A stretch of DNA of 32,000 nucleotides from assembly GCA_004563595.2 (NCBI GenBank), contig CP042461.1, positions 750,001 to 782,000 of the forward strand, written 5' to 3'. This document shows positions 1 to 11,088 of the stretch, one piece after another. The notes beneath the pieces were generated by a model. The model was given only the letters and a program-made list of their open reading frames with translations, made no database searches and had not been told where the DNA came from. Position 1 is the first letter of the stretch, and every line of letters begins with the position of its first letter. A program made the translations under genes and the position numbers. The stretch is from Candidatus Saccharimonadota bacterium (GTDB taxonomy: Bacteria; Patescibacteriota; Gracilibacteria; BD1-5; UBA6164).

Positions 1-1920
1 ACTGCTTATGCAGTAGAAGAAACAACTGTAGATATTGATGGATTATATATGCCTCAATTTGAAGATCCTCTTTTTAAAGAAAATTTTCTAAACAATATAA
101 TCAAAAATAACTGATTTAATTTACAAGCAGGAGATAACTGAATACCAATTACTACACATGGAGCAAACTATCCTACATACTCTCCTGATGGGAACTATAT
201 TGTTTATTCTAATAAAGATGGTTCACACTATATATATAAAAAAAATAGTTCTGATAATTCAACTGGTATCCAGTTAGGAACAAAAATAAGTCGAGCTCTT
301 GTTTATACTCCTGATGGTAATAATCTTATATATACAAATTATAATGATTGATATGCTATATATAAGAAAAGTGCTAATGATCTTGCTAACTGAAACTGAA
401 TTACAAATTATTATTGATATTACCCTCAAGTTTCACCTGATTGAAATGATTTATATTTTGTAATAAAATGATCTAATACTTATAAAGTCTATAAAAAAGC
501 AATAAATGCACCAATAAATGACTGAGATCTAATAATTGATAAAGAAGTATACTGGATATCACTTTCTCCAGATTGAAATAATTTAATATATAAAGACTGA
601 GCTAATAATCTTTTATACAATAGAGATTTAGTAAATAACACAACTAAACTAATTACAAGTGTTGGTTGAGCAACATTCACATATTCTCCAGATTGAAAAT
701 ACCTAATTTATACAAATGAAAGTGATTGATATAAACTTTACAAAAAAGATCCAAACACCTTGTCTAATGGGACGGCAATAAATAGTGTATCTTCATTCTA
801 CCCTGCATTTTCTCCTGATTGAAAATACTTAGTTTATACGAATATCAGTGATGGATATAAAATGTATAAAATTGAGATGCCTTTTGTCACTGAACTATGA
901 TCAATAACATCTACTCAAACAGTTATTAATTCTAATAATGAAAATTCAGTAGATTTTTCAATTAGCTGAATTAAGGATACAGATAGTGGAAATACAATCA
1001 CTTATAGCTATTCTTTTAATAATTCCACTTTTACAAATCTACCTGTTACAAATACAAGTCCAATATCAAATGGGACTTATAATTTTAATTTAGATTTATC
1101 AAGTAGACCATCTTGAGATATTACGGTATATATAAGAGCAAATGATGGAAGCGAAAATTCTAATGTAGTAAGTATAACTCTTGTAAAAAATAATACCCCT
1201 ATTCTTGATTCATTAACTTCAACTCAAACAGATATAAACTTAGATAATGTTTTAAGTCTAGATTTAAAAGTGAATTGAATCAATGATCCTGATACATCAA
1301 ACACTCTAAGCTATAGTTACTCTTTTGATAATATCGATTTTACTGATTTAACGGATACTTGAATCTCACCAATTTCAGATGGAAATTATAATTTTGATTT
1401 AAATCTCTCATGACAAGATGATGGATTAGTCAACATATATGTAAAAACAAATGATTGATATGAAAATTCAAACACGGTAAGTTTAGCTTTAAATAAAAGT
1501 GCTACATTATTAGTCCCAACTGCACCTTCAGCTGTGAATACAAATAATATATCATTAAACTGAGCAACATATAGTTGGACTGATAATTCAGAAGGTGACA
1601 ATAGAGAGTATAAACATGTCATTAAAGATCAAGATAATAATATTATAGTTGATGAAATTTGAGCAAATGCTACAAATATTATAGAATCATGATTAACTCC
1701 AAATACGTCATATCAAAGAAAAATATGTGCAGTAAATGATGCATGAGAAGCTTGTAGTATACTAATAAATTTTACTACAAAAATAGAAGTAACATGATGA
1801 AAAACAACTACCTTTGACTTTGCATGAATTGTCATCAATATTGTTGAAACACTTGAGATGTTTAAAGTAGAATTTAATATCTGAGAATTTAAAATTAATT
1901 TTAGTATTGAAAAGATATAA
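1..1920 (+). CDS. Secreted/surface repeat protein, 5' end cut by the window edge (639 codons, table 25). It has six PD40/TolB-like beta-propeller blades, two tandem ~103-aa Ig-like repeats and one fibronectin type III-like domain.
   Basis: Frame 1 is open from nt 1 to TAA 1918-1920 only if TGA is a sense codon. The blade motif [FY]SPDG[NK]x[LI][IV]Y ... DG[SY]x[IL]YKK recurs about every 125 nt. A tandem repeat (TSTQT.IN ... SYSYSF.N..FT ... IS[ND]G.YNF.L.LS ... NDG.ENSN) spans about 904-1212 and 1213-1500. An Fn3-like GLTPNTSYQRKICAVNDAG lies near 1690-1750. Confidence 0.8.
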
Positions 1921-2082
1921 AATAAGCCTCTACTACTAGATACATATTTCGTTTACTAAAATAAAGCGCTCTAAAAAAATAATAATATTAGTAAGCCTTT
2001 CGAATCTTTGCATAAGAATATATTGTAATATTAATTAAAAATTGTATAATAATCTCATAATATTATAACCTTAAATTACAGA

Positions 2083-3069
2083 ATGGCAAATAAATTACCT
2101 GATACATTTTGGGAGAGATTAAAACTTATTTATTCTCCTGAAGATATAAAAACAATAGAAAAATGACTCAACCTTGAAACTAGAAAAACAAGTTTTAGAA
2201 TAAATACTATTAAATCGGATGAAGAAGAGATCGCGCATGTATTAAAAGAATACTCACTTGATATGAAAAAAGTAGATTTTCTTGAAAACTGCTATACTCT
2301 TGAAAATGGAATAGAAAAAGATTTATGGGATTTAGATATATTTAAGCAATGAAAAATATACCTTCAACAAATAGCAAGCCAAATACCAGTACCTTTTATG
2401 GATATAAGAGACGGGAATACTATTTTGGACTGTACTGCTGCTCCAGGAAGTAAGACAAGCCAAATGGCAAGTCTTATGAAAAATACATGAAAAATTATTG
2501 CTGTTGATAATAATCAAATAAGAATAGATAAACTAAACTTTACTCTAAAGAGACAGGGGTCAAAGAATGTAGAAGTTATTAAAACTGATGCAAGAAAGCT
2601 TTCAGAACCGCTCTGAGAACTCCTTAAAAAAGAATGAGGAAAAACAACCGATTCAAATGAATACTTTGATAATATACTTCTTGATGCACCTTGTAGCGCT
2701 GAGTGAAGAATGAATCTCAATAAAGAAAAAACTTATTGATTCTGGGCTGACAATATCTTTAAAAGAAATTATAGACTCTCAAAATCCATATTAGAAGAAG
2801 TTATCCCAATGCTCAAGAAATGAGGGACTCTCATGTTTTCTACTTGTACACTTGCACCAGAAGAAAATGAAGCAATAGTTCACTTTGTACTTTCGAACTA
2901 CCCAGAAATAAGTATAGAAGAGATTTCACTTGAAAATAAGAATATAAGACCATGAATTAAATCATTTGGAAAACAAATATTTAGAAATGACGTTATAAAA
3001 TCTATCAGATGTTTACCCTCAGAAGAAACAGAATGATTTTTTATAGCAAAGTTTAAGAAAAATATATAA
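2083..3069 (+). CDS. SAM-dependent RNA m5C methyltransferase, NOL1/NOP2/Sun (RsmB/RsmF-like), 328 aa
   Basis: ATG 2083 to TAA 3067-3069, open under table 25 (checked codon by codon). Motifs: LDCTAAPGSKTSQ (SAM binding), DAPCSAEG (catalytic-Cys motif, with its final Gly encoded by TGA), and FSTCTLAPEENE (second catalytic Cys). Confidence 0.8.
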
Positions 3070-3089
3070 AAAAAAAGAAAAAGTAATAA

Positions 3090-3449
3090 TTACTTTTTCT
3101 TTTTTTGTTTAGTACTTTCAGTATTTTCTATTTTTTTTTGTTCTTCTCTATATATATCAATTTTTTTTTGAAAATCTTGTACTACTTTTTCAAGTTCATC
3201 GGTATCAAATAAATTTGATTGAATGATAGACTTAATAGGATCATCTATAACTGCTTTTAGCCTAATATAGGGTTGTTGTAAAAACAATCCAAATCTCACT
3301 GCATATGATAATTTATCTCATAACAAATTCTTAGATTGAAGAGATGTTACATCAACACAAATAGATACATCTTCTGATAAAGTATTACTTCCATTATTTA
3401 ATTTATTATCAACAGATCCACTAGGATTATTTCAATTATTATCTCACAT
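3090..3449 (-). CDS. Hypothetical protein, 119 aa, with an Asn/Gly-rich N-terminus and a Lys-rich C-terminal tail
   Basis: ATG (3447-3449 on the - strand) to TAA (3090-3092). It extends the supplied 69-aa ORF upstream through 3 in-frame TGA codons. I recognise no family. Confidence 0.4.
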
Positions 3450-3536
3450 ACTATAAAATTATTAACTAAAATATTTCTCCTTTTTTAGTCGACAGTTTTA
3501 TATCTAAATAAAATAATTTGTCAATTTTTTATTTCC

Positions 3537-3573
3537 AAAAAAGATATAATTACAAGTGAATTATATCTTTTTT
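3537..3573. terminator. Bidirectional intrinsic terminator downstream of ychF
   Basis: Perfect 15-nt arms AAAAAAGATATAATT / AATTATATCTTTTTT with a 7-nt loop. The A-run and T-run are part of the arms. Confidence 0.7.
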
Positions 3574-3603
3574 ACCTTAAAATGACCTTAATATTATAGA
3601 GAA

Positions 3604-4689
3604 CTAGTTATTGAATTTAAAAAGAATTACATCTCAATCTTGAACGATATACTCTTTTCATTCAAGTCATACCTTCCCTGCTACTCTTGCTTGAGACCAA
3701 CCTCATGCTTCAACTAAATCATTCCATTTTACAACATCAGCTTTGATAAATCATTTTTCAAAGTCTGTATGGATAACTCAAGCGGCTTGAGGTGCTGTAG
3801 ATCATTTATGTACTGTCCAAGCTCTTACTTCCATTTCTCAAGCAGTAAAATAATACTCTAAACCAAGAGCATCATATGAAGCTTTGATAAGATTATCTAA
3901 ACCAGTAGTAATAAGACCCATTTCATTCAGAAATTCATCTCTTTCATCATCTGACATTTCTATCATATCTGATTCAAGAGTTGCACAAATTGGAACTACA
4001 ATAGTATCAGTTGAAGTAAGACCTAAAAGCTTCTTTAAATCCTCTTCAGACGTATCCATCATATCTTCTGATACATTACACGCATATACAAATTTCTTGT
4101 TTGTCAGGAGGTGTAAATCATATATGTCATCAGATTCTTCTTCTGTTAATCACATATCAGTAACAATACTTCATGCATTAAGTCATTCTAAGACTTTTGA
4201 ATATACTTCCATTGCTCTTGCAATATCTTTATCTGATTTTGCTTTTTTCGAATCTTTTGCAATTCTCTTTTCAACTGAATCCATATCAGCTAGAATAAGC
4301 TCAGAATTAATTACTTCAATATCTTCTTTTGGATCAACTGTTCCATGAACATGAATAATGTCTGAATTTTCAAATACTCTTACGACTTGTAATATTGCAT
4401 CTGCTTCTCTAATATTTGCTAGAAATTTATTTCATAACCCTTCTCAAGCACTTGCTCACTTTACTATTCATGCAATATCAATAAATTCACAAGTAGCTGG
4501 AATTACTTTTTGTCCATCTACTGCTGCTCTGATTTTTTCTAATCTTTTATCAGCTACATTTACTATTCAAGTGTTTGGTTCAATAGTACAAAATGGGAAA
4601 TTTTGTGCATCAGCTGAATAATTCTTTGTTAATGCATTAAAAAGTGTTGATTTTCATACATTTGGAAGTCATACAATACCTATTTTCAT
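3604..4689 (-). CDS. ychF: Ribosome-binding ATPase YchF (Obg-like GTPase family), 361 aa
   Basis: N-terminus MKIGIVGLPNVGKSTLFNALT...FPFCTIEPNTG; C-terminus [40 protein letters not shown]...GKEYIVQDGDVILFKFNN. Ends at TAG 3604-3606. The frame was checked for TAA/TAG from 4021 to 4689. Both P-loop glycines are TGA (4654-4656 and 4669-4671). Confidence 0.93.
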
Positions 4690-4760
4690 ACAAATTTAGT
4701 TTAAAATATAATTTTGGGTAGTATAGTGAAACTTTTACTTTTAGCAAAAAAAAGAAGCTT

Positions 4761-5096
4761 TTAGTAAAAAAGCTCTCTATTGTTATACATATAATTTTTA
4801 TAACTGATTTCCTGTTCAAATTTCATTTCAAAATAATTTCAACATATACTTAATTCACTTTCTGTAAAATCCCTTCTCATATATGCCTGAATATATATTG
4901 ATTCGCAGTGTTGTATGTTATCATCTTCTGATAAAGTATCTAAGTCTTCCCTATCTGGTGACTGAATAAATGCATCCACGTTTTCCATAATATAATCAGT
5001 AGAAAAATCTTCATCATAATATGCTCATACATTTCATAGAGATGTATTTGCAAAAATAAGAAGAGAGAGAATAAATAATCTGATTATATTTTTCAT
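4761..5096 (-). CDS. Small secreted hypothetical protein, 111 aa, acidic
   Basis: ATG 5096 to TAA 4761-4763 under table 25. Signal-peptide-like N-terminus MKNIIRLFILSLLIFANTSLG. No family recognised. Confidence 0.45.
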
Positions 5097-5176
5097 ACCC
5101 AAAGACTATTAACGACTAAGCTATATACTGAATATATCTAAAAGCATCTAATTGTAAAATAAAAAAAGAAGAATTG

Positions 5177-7906
5177 TTAATTCTTCTTTTTTTCTGAAAT
5201 ATATTTTTTAAATATTACTTTAAATTGTAAGTTTACTTTACCTGATATATGAATGACTAATTCCTTTTTGGTTTTTCATTTTATTTTTGGAAGAAGTTTT
5301 TTTAAATTTGATTTCAATTTCTTATAAATTACTAATTGCTGTTTATAAGATTTCTTTGAAATCTTTTCAAAGGCTTTATCAAGTTTAATATCAATTGTAT
5401 CATATTTATAACCTTCTGTTTTCATAGGAGGTACTTTTAAGTCAGCTCAGTTAGACGGTACTGGAGTGGTTACTTTATTCGTTACCTGAGTACTTTTCAT
5501 CTCTTTTTTTTCCGTATATTTCTTATCTGAGAAAAATGCATTACATCATCCATTATCTAATTCAGCATCTACACAAGACTTTTCAGTAGACTTCTTCACT
5601 TCAATATAATTTGCTCATAGGTCTCAATAATGGAAAGAATCAAACTTTGATTTATCGTAATAATCTCTCATTTTTAATGAGTCAGGACTAAATATAATTT
5701 TAAAGTCTCAAGTTTTTATAAAATCTGATCCTTTTATAAGGGTTAACATAGAATCAGCATCTCATTTATTTAACTCGAATACTTTATCAAAATATATCAT
5801 TCAATTTTTATCAACAATTGCAGATCATACTTTTGCTCATCATAGCAGTAAATGAAAGGTTCCGAGATAATCTGTTTTTTTATAATCTAAAACTTTAAAT
5901 GTTATTTTATCAACAATGAAGTCTTGTAACTTATTTTGAATACTTAATTTATATAACTCTTTTGTACTTGTATCAGAATTCATATAAAAAACATGGGAGT
6001 CTAGTTTTTCAGAGTTAAGTGTAATACCATTTTTATAATCATCAGAAACAATGTATATATTAGTACTGTTTGATTTAATTCCATCAATATTTCTAATAAT
6101 AACTGAGTTGTTCCCTTGTTTTATACTATCCGGAATATAAAATGTTCAAATTCAGCTCGTGTTATTAGAAAAGTTTAACGGAGTTATAAGTCCTCCTATT
6201 TCAACTTGATCTCATGAGTACAGTCACTTTCATGATACCCTTACTTCAGTTCAAGCTTTGAATAATCAATTTTTTTCTAATCAGATAAGGTCTTTAACTA
6301 TAGCTCATCATCTGATATTTTTGGTACTTAATTCAGATCCAATGAAGCTGATTCATGTTGTTAATCAAAAATGAGATATACTTATTGATGAGCTTTGATC
6401 CCTATTATAGTTAAATGGTAATCTTCCTGTTATCAATGTATCAGTAATAATTAAATCATCAATACTCTCAAATAGGTTTGATCCAGAAATATTTGCTGAT
6501 TTAAAATGGGATCAACGAATTGAAAATTTTGTTGATCACTTTAAATCTCAAGCAAAAATTACTTCTTTTATATAAGGGGTATTATAAAAAGAGAGATCAA
6601 AGAACATTTTATTTGTCTCAATATATGAATCCCTTCATACTCTAAAATCCCCCGTTATTGTTGATAATGGTAATTCTACAAAACACTTATTTCATGAACA
6701 ACCAATAGGATTTATCAAACCACTATTAAAATAAATCTTATCTGTTGATACTTCAAAATTTTGAATATAAACGGATACAAGCCTCTTTCATTCTTTTACT
6801 GTATCTGTATTAATGCTAGATATATATGGTAATTTTTTATATGTATTTATATTAACGTTAACTGTATTTGAATTTAAGTCACTGACTCATAAATGAATAA
6901 AATTATCTCATTGGTTTAAAGAAGGATTTAAAATAATAATTTTGTTTCATTTTTTTTTGTAAATAGATCTCTTTGAATCATTTACATACACATCTAGATC
7001 ATCATCATGAATAGGTAAATTCTCTGCAATAATATATAATGCTGTTTGATTTACCCCCTCATTTTCAGTATAATTTGCTTGATAGGCATTTACAATATGA
7101 CTTCTATTTCAATATACATTTATATTCAAAGTATTTGATAAAAATCAATTTGATAAAATTTTTATTGTTTTTTCTCCTAGTTTATATCATAAATTAAAAG
7201 TAAGACTTCCATTATTCTTATTATACTTAAAATTTGCTATTTTTTCTCAGTCATAGTTAATTATCGACTTGAAATCTAGGTTTTTTCAATAAATTGTTGC
7301 TTGAGTATTTTGAGAAAAATTATCTTCAGGCACTATAAAATCAATTTTAGGAAAAGGGATACCTAAAGAATATATATTAGATTTTAATCCATCAGCTGTA
7401 ACATATAATTCATTTCATGTTGTAGATTCAGATATATTTCAAATTATAATTCTACTATTTGCTGTATTCTTACTAAATCAGCCTTCTTCAATAGATATTC
7501 ATGGATTATCTCAAAAGCTACTTCATCTTATTGTAATATCTCTATTAGAATTGATAGGATCCAAACCGTCTATACTATCTATATATGGAAAAGAAAAACT
7601 TTGCATCAGTGTATCTCCATCACAAGTAAGATATATAACCCCCGTCGTTTCATTTGAATGAGCAAACTTATAAGTGATTTTTTCAGTATCTCTTGTTAAT
7701 ATTTTAATTTTTTTTGTATTTACTTTAATATTGGTACACAAGTCTAAGTTTGATCCTTGAATACTAATAATGGTAGTATCAGATAAATTATCTGAGTAAA
7801 CAATATTTGATATTTTTGATTCTTGCTCAGTAGAAAAAACTACATCAGAAGTAAAAAGTCATAACATTATAAGCAATATAATCCCTAAAAAAACAATTCT
7901 CCTCAT
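5177..7906 (-). CDS. Large secreted protein, 909 aa, with several IPT/TIG-like Ig-fold repeats and a Lys-rich C-terminal tail
   Basis: I scanned every in-frame triplet from 5177 to 7906 and found no TAA/TAG but dozens of TGA. Signal-peptide-like N-terminus MRRIVFLGIILLIMLGLFTS. Recurrent I[ST]I[QR]GS.[FL]-type strands (ISIQGSNL, ITIRGSSFG, FSIRGSHF, VRVSGKGL) are typical of IPT/TIG domains. The domain call rests on pattern recognition only. Confidence 0.7.
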
Positions 7907-7964
7907 ATAGTTAAATTAATGATTAATAAGAATTACTATATATAACTTTTCCTGAATAAAAAAT

Positions 7965-7993
7965 AAAAAAGACAAGTTTTACTTGTCTTTTTT
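7965..7993. terminator. Intrinsic terminator downstream of valS
   Basis: AAAAAAGACAAGT-TTT-ACTTGTCTTTTTT: a 13-nt arm pair flanked by an A-run and a T-run. Confidence 0.7.
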
Positions 7994-8005
7994 ATTTTTT
8001 ATAAT

Positions 8006-10681
8006 CTAACTTAACTTCCCTAATTTATCAATTAATTTTGATAACTTATCTTTTGCTTGTTCTTTTTTCTCCATTTCTGCTCTTACGAGTTTTTCGGGAG
8101 CTTTATTCACAAAAGCCTCATTTAATAATTTCTTATCTAAAATAGCTATATATTCTTTTGTATCAGTTATTTGCTCTTTGAGTCTTTCAGTTTCTTTTCC
8201 AATATCAAGTGCATTTGCAGTATCTATAAATACTTCCACTCATGCTTTAATAACTCAATATACTAGATTATCATCAGTTGGCTTCACACTCACAAGACTA
8301 ATATCTTCAGCTTTTACAATTCATCAAATAAGTTCTAAAACTTCTGATATAATATCTGCATTTTTATTTTTTGCATATATTTGTAATCCTATAGTCTTAT
8401 TTGGCATAATCTTATTATCAGCTCTCAGACTTCTAATCTCTCTTATTATATCCATAATAAGTTTCTTTTCTTTTTCTATTTCTTCTGATCTTGGAAGTTT
8501 AACTTCTCATAATATTACTTCTATTAAATCTCACTCAAATCATAATTTGTTGTAGATCTCTGTAGAAACAAAAGGAATATATGGATGCCATAATTTTAGA
8601 AGAGTATTTATCACATATGTAATAACTTCTTGTCAAAATTTTGATGTTTCTTTTGTAAGTTTAAATTCTTCAATGTAATAATCACAGAATTCATGTTTTG
8701 TAAATGCCTGTAATTCAAGACCTCATTCAGAAAAATTATTTTCTTCCATAGATTTTGTAACCAGATCGGAAACATATCTCACTCTGCTTAATATCCATTT
8801 TTCATGGAACATAAGAGATTCATAATTTTCTAATAAATTATTCTCTATATCGGATATACTACTCTCTTTTAAACTATCATCTAAATTTACAGATACAAAT
8901 CTAGAAGCATTCCAAAGCTTATTAATAAAGATCATGTTATTTTCAACATTCACCTCATCAAATTTCAAATCATTTCAAGGTGTATTTCAAATACTTAAAG
9001 CTAGTCTTAAAGCATCTGTACCATATTTTTCAATCATATCAAGTGGGTTTATTCCATTCCCAGCAGATTTACTCATTTTTGCACCATGTTTATCTCTTAC
9101 CATTCAGTGAAGATATATTTTTTCAAATGGAGTTTGACCTGTGAACTCATATCAGAACAATAACATTCTAATAACCCAGAAGAAAATAATATCATGTCCT
9201 GTTTCAAGTATCTGAGCTGGGTAAAACTCTTTTACAAGATCTGGCTGCTCTTCCCCCCACATATTATAATCAAGCACTGAAAATGGCCATAATCATGAAG
9301 AAAACCACGTATCAAGAACATCAGTATCTCTTGTAAGAACTACTTCTTTTCAATAATGAGACTTTGCAAGTTCATAAGCTTCCTCTTCGGTTTCAGTACA
9401 AAATGGATGTCCATCTTCTCCATACCAAACTGGGATTTGATGTCCCCACCATAACTGTCTTGATATACACCAATCTCTGAGATTAAAAATCCAATCTTCA
9501 AAAACTTTATTAAATCTTTTTGGAATAATTTCAAATTCTTTTGCTTTGTATCATTTCACTACTTTTTTAACAAGGGGATCAACTTTTACAAACCATTGAG
9601 AAGATATGATAGTTTCAACTTTTGCACCTGATCTTTCACAATATCATACTTTAGAAACATGATCCTCAACTTTGATCAAATTTCATTTTGCCTTTAAAAG
9701 TTCTACAATATTAGATCTTGCTGTTATATAATCTTGTCATTCAAAAATTCAAGCTATATTTGTCATTTTTCCATCTTTTCACAGTACTACAATATCAAGT
9801 GGAAGATCATGCCTTTTCCCAACTTCGAAATCACTTGGGTCATGTGCAGGAGTAATTTTGACTGCCCCTGTTCAAAAATCCATATCTACCATTTCATCAG
9901 CAATAATTGGAATTTCTTTGTTTACTATAGGAAGTATTAATTTTTTTCAATTTTTTAGTAACTTTTTATATCTCTTATCTTTAGGATGAACTGCAACTGC
10001 TACATCTCAGAGAAGAGTCTCTGGTCTCGTAGTTGCAACTACTACTTCATTATCACTCCCTGCAACGAAATAAGTAATATGGTATAATTTCCCTTTTTCT
10101 TCTTTGTATACTACCTCTTGATCAGATAATACGGTATTGAGTGCTGGAGAATAATTTACCATATATTCTCATTTATAGATAAGGTCTTTGTGATATAAAT
10201 CAACAAAGGCTTTATTTACTCTTTTATTTAAATCCGCATCAAGTGTAAATCTTTCTTTAGACCAATCACACGATGCCCCCATTTTTTTAAATTGATCAGT
10301 GATGATATTAGCATGAGTTTCTTTCCAATCCCAGCATTCTTTTAAAAAGTCTTTTCTTCAAAGATCAAATTTTGTTTTTCACTCTTTCGCAAGTTTTTCT
10401 TCTACCTTTGCTTGAGTTGCAATTCATGCATGATCAGTTCAAGGCACCCATAAAGTAGCATCTCACTTCATTCTATGATACCTAGTCATGATATCCTCAA
10501 GAGTACAAGTTAATGCATGTCACAAATGTAATACTCATGTTACATTTGGTGGTGGAATAGGAATATAAAATTGTTCCCCTGTAAGACTTTTTCTCGGTTT
10601 AAACTTTCCTTCCTGTTCCCATTTTTGATATAATGATTCTTCAAAACTCGATGGTGAATATTTTTTTGGAAACTCTGACAT
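8006..10681 (-). CDS. valS: Valine--tRNA ligase, 891 aa
   Basis: All triplets from 8006 to 10681 were scanned: open under table 25, ending at TAG 8006-8008. HIGH motif PPPNVTGVLHLGHAL (its Gly is TGA at 10520-10522), KMSKS motif [22 protein letters not shown], and the C-terminal coiled coil typical of ValRS. Confidence 0.95.
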
Positions 10682-10763
10682 GTACTTTCTTTATATTAAA
10701 AAATAACCTTGCTCACTATTATAGTAAACAAGGTTAAAAAATCAAAGTTTTGTTCTAATATTT

Positions 10764-10964
10764 TTATCTAAATATTAAGTAACCATTCGTAACTAAGTAT
10801 GAATGTTCAGCAACTTCTGGGTTTTTCATTAAAATTTTTGTAGTTTCATATGCAGATGCTTCCGCAAATTTAAAGATAAAAGCTAATGAAGCGAGTATAA
10901 AAATAGACCAACGAAGGCATTGAGTAATTCTTACTTCGTATTTTTTTATTCCATTAAAGTTCAT
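10764..10964 (-). CDS. Possible small membrane protein, 66 aa
   Basis: ATG to TAA ORF with one hydrophobic helix (WSIFILASLAFIFKF), bounded upstream by an in-frame TAA. No homology recognised; it could be spurious. Confidence 0.25.
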   Translation of the reverse strand: MNFNGIKKYEVRITQCLRWSIFILASLAFIFKFAEASAYETTKILMKNPEVAEHSYLVTNGYLIFR

Positions 10965-11023
10965 AAGGTTATAGTAAGTAAATAAACTATACTCTTATTA
11001 AATCATATTTTAAAATACCTGTC

Positions 11024-11053
11024 AAAAAAATAGAGAAATAATTCTCTATTTTT
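11024..11053. terminator. Intrinsic terminator downstream of topA
   Basis: A-run, then ATAGAGAA-ATAA-TTCTCTAT, then a T-run. Confidence 0.65.
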
Positions 11054-11088
11054 CTATTTTTTATCTTGAAAATATAGAATATACTTTC

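Noticed and set aside
1990-2015. A TTCGAATC string reminiscent of a tRNA T-arm in the 1921-2082 intergenic region
   Set aside because: No acceptor, D or anticodon stems can be drawn around it, and the flanks are almost pure A/T.
3884-4621. The long + strand ORFs in the supplied track (3884-4348 and 4358-4621, plus 8178-8555, 11267-11479, 13675-14103, 20115-20327, 21105-21584, 26168-26395, 26891-27249, 29109-29615 and 31273-31503)
   Set aside because: Each lies antisense to a clearly identifiable - strand gene (ychF, valS, topA, the GT-like gene, dprA, the membrane protein, htpX, the 225-aa gene, polA, ahcY). Their Ser/Ile/Phe-rich low-complexity translations are typical antisense shadows in AT-rich DNA.
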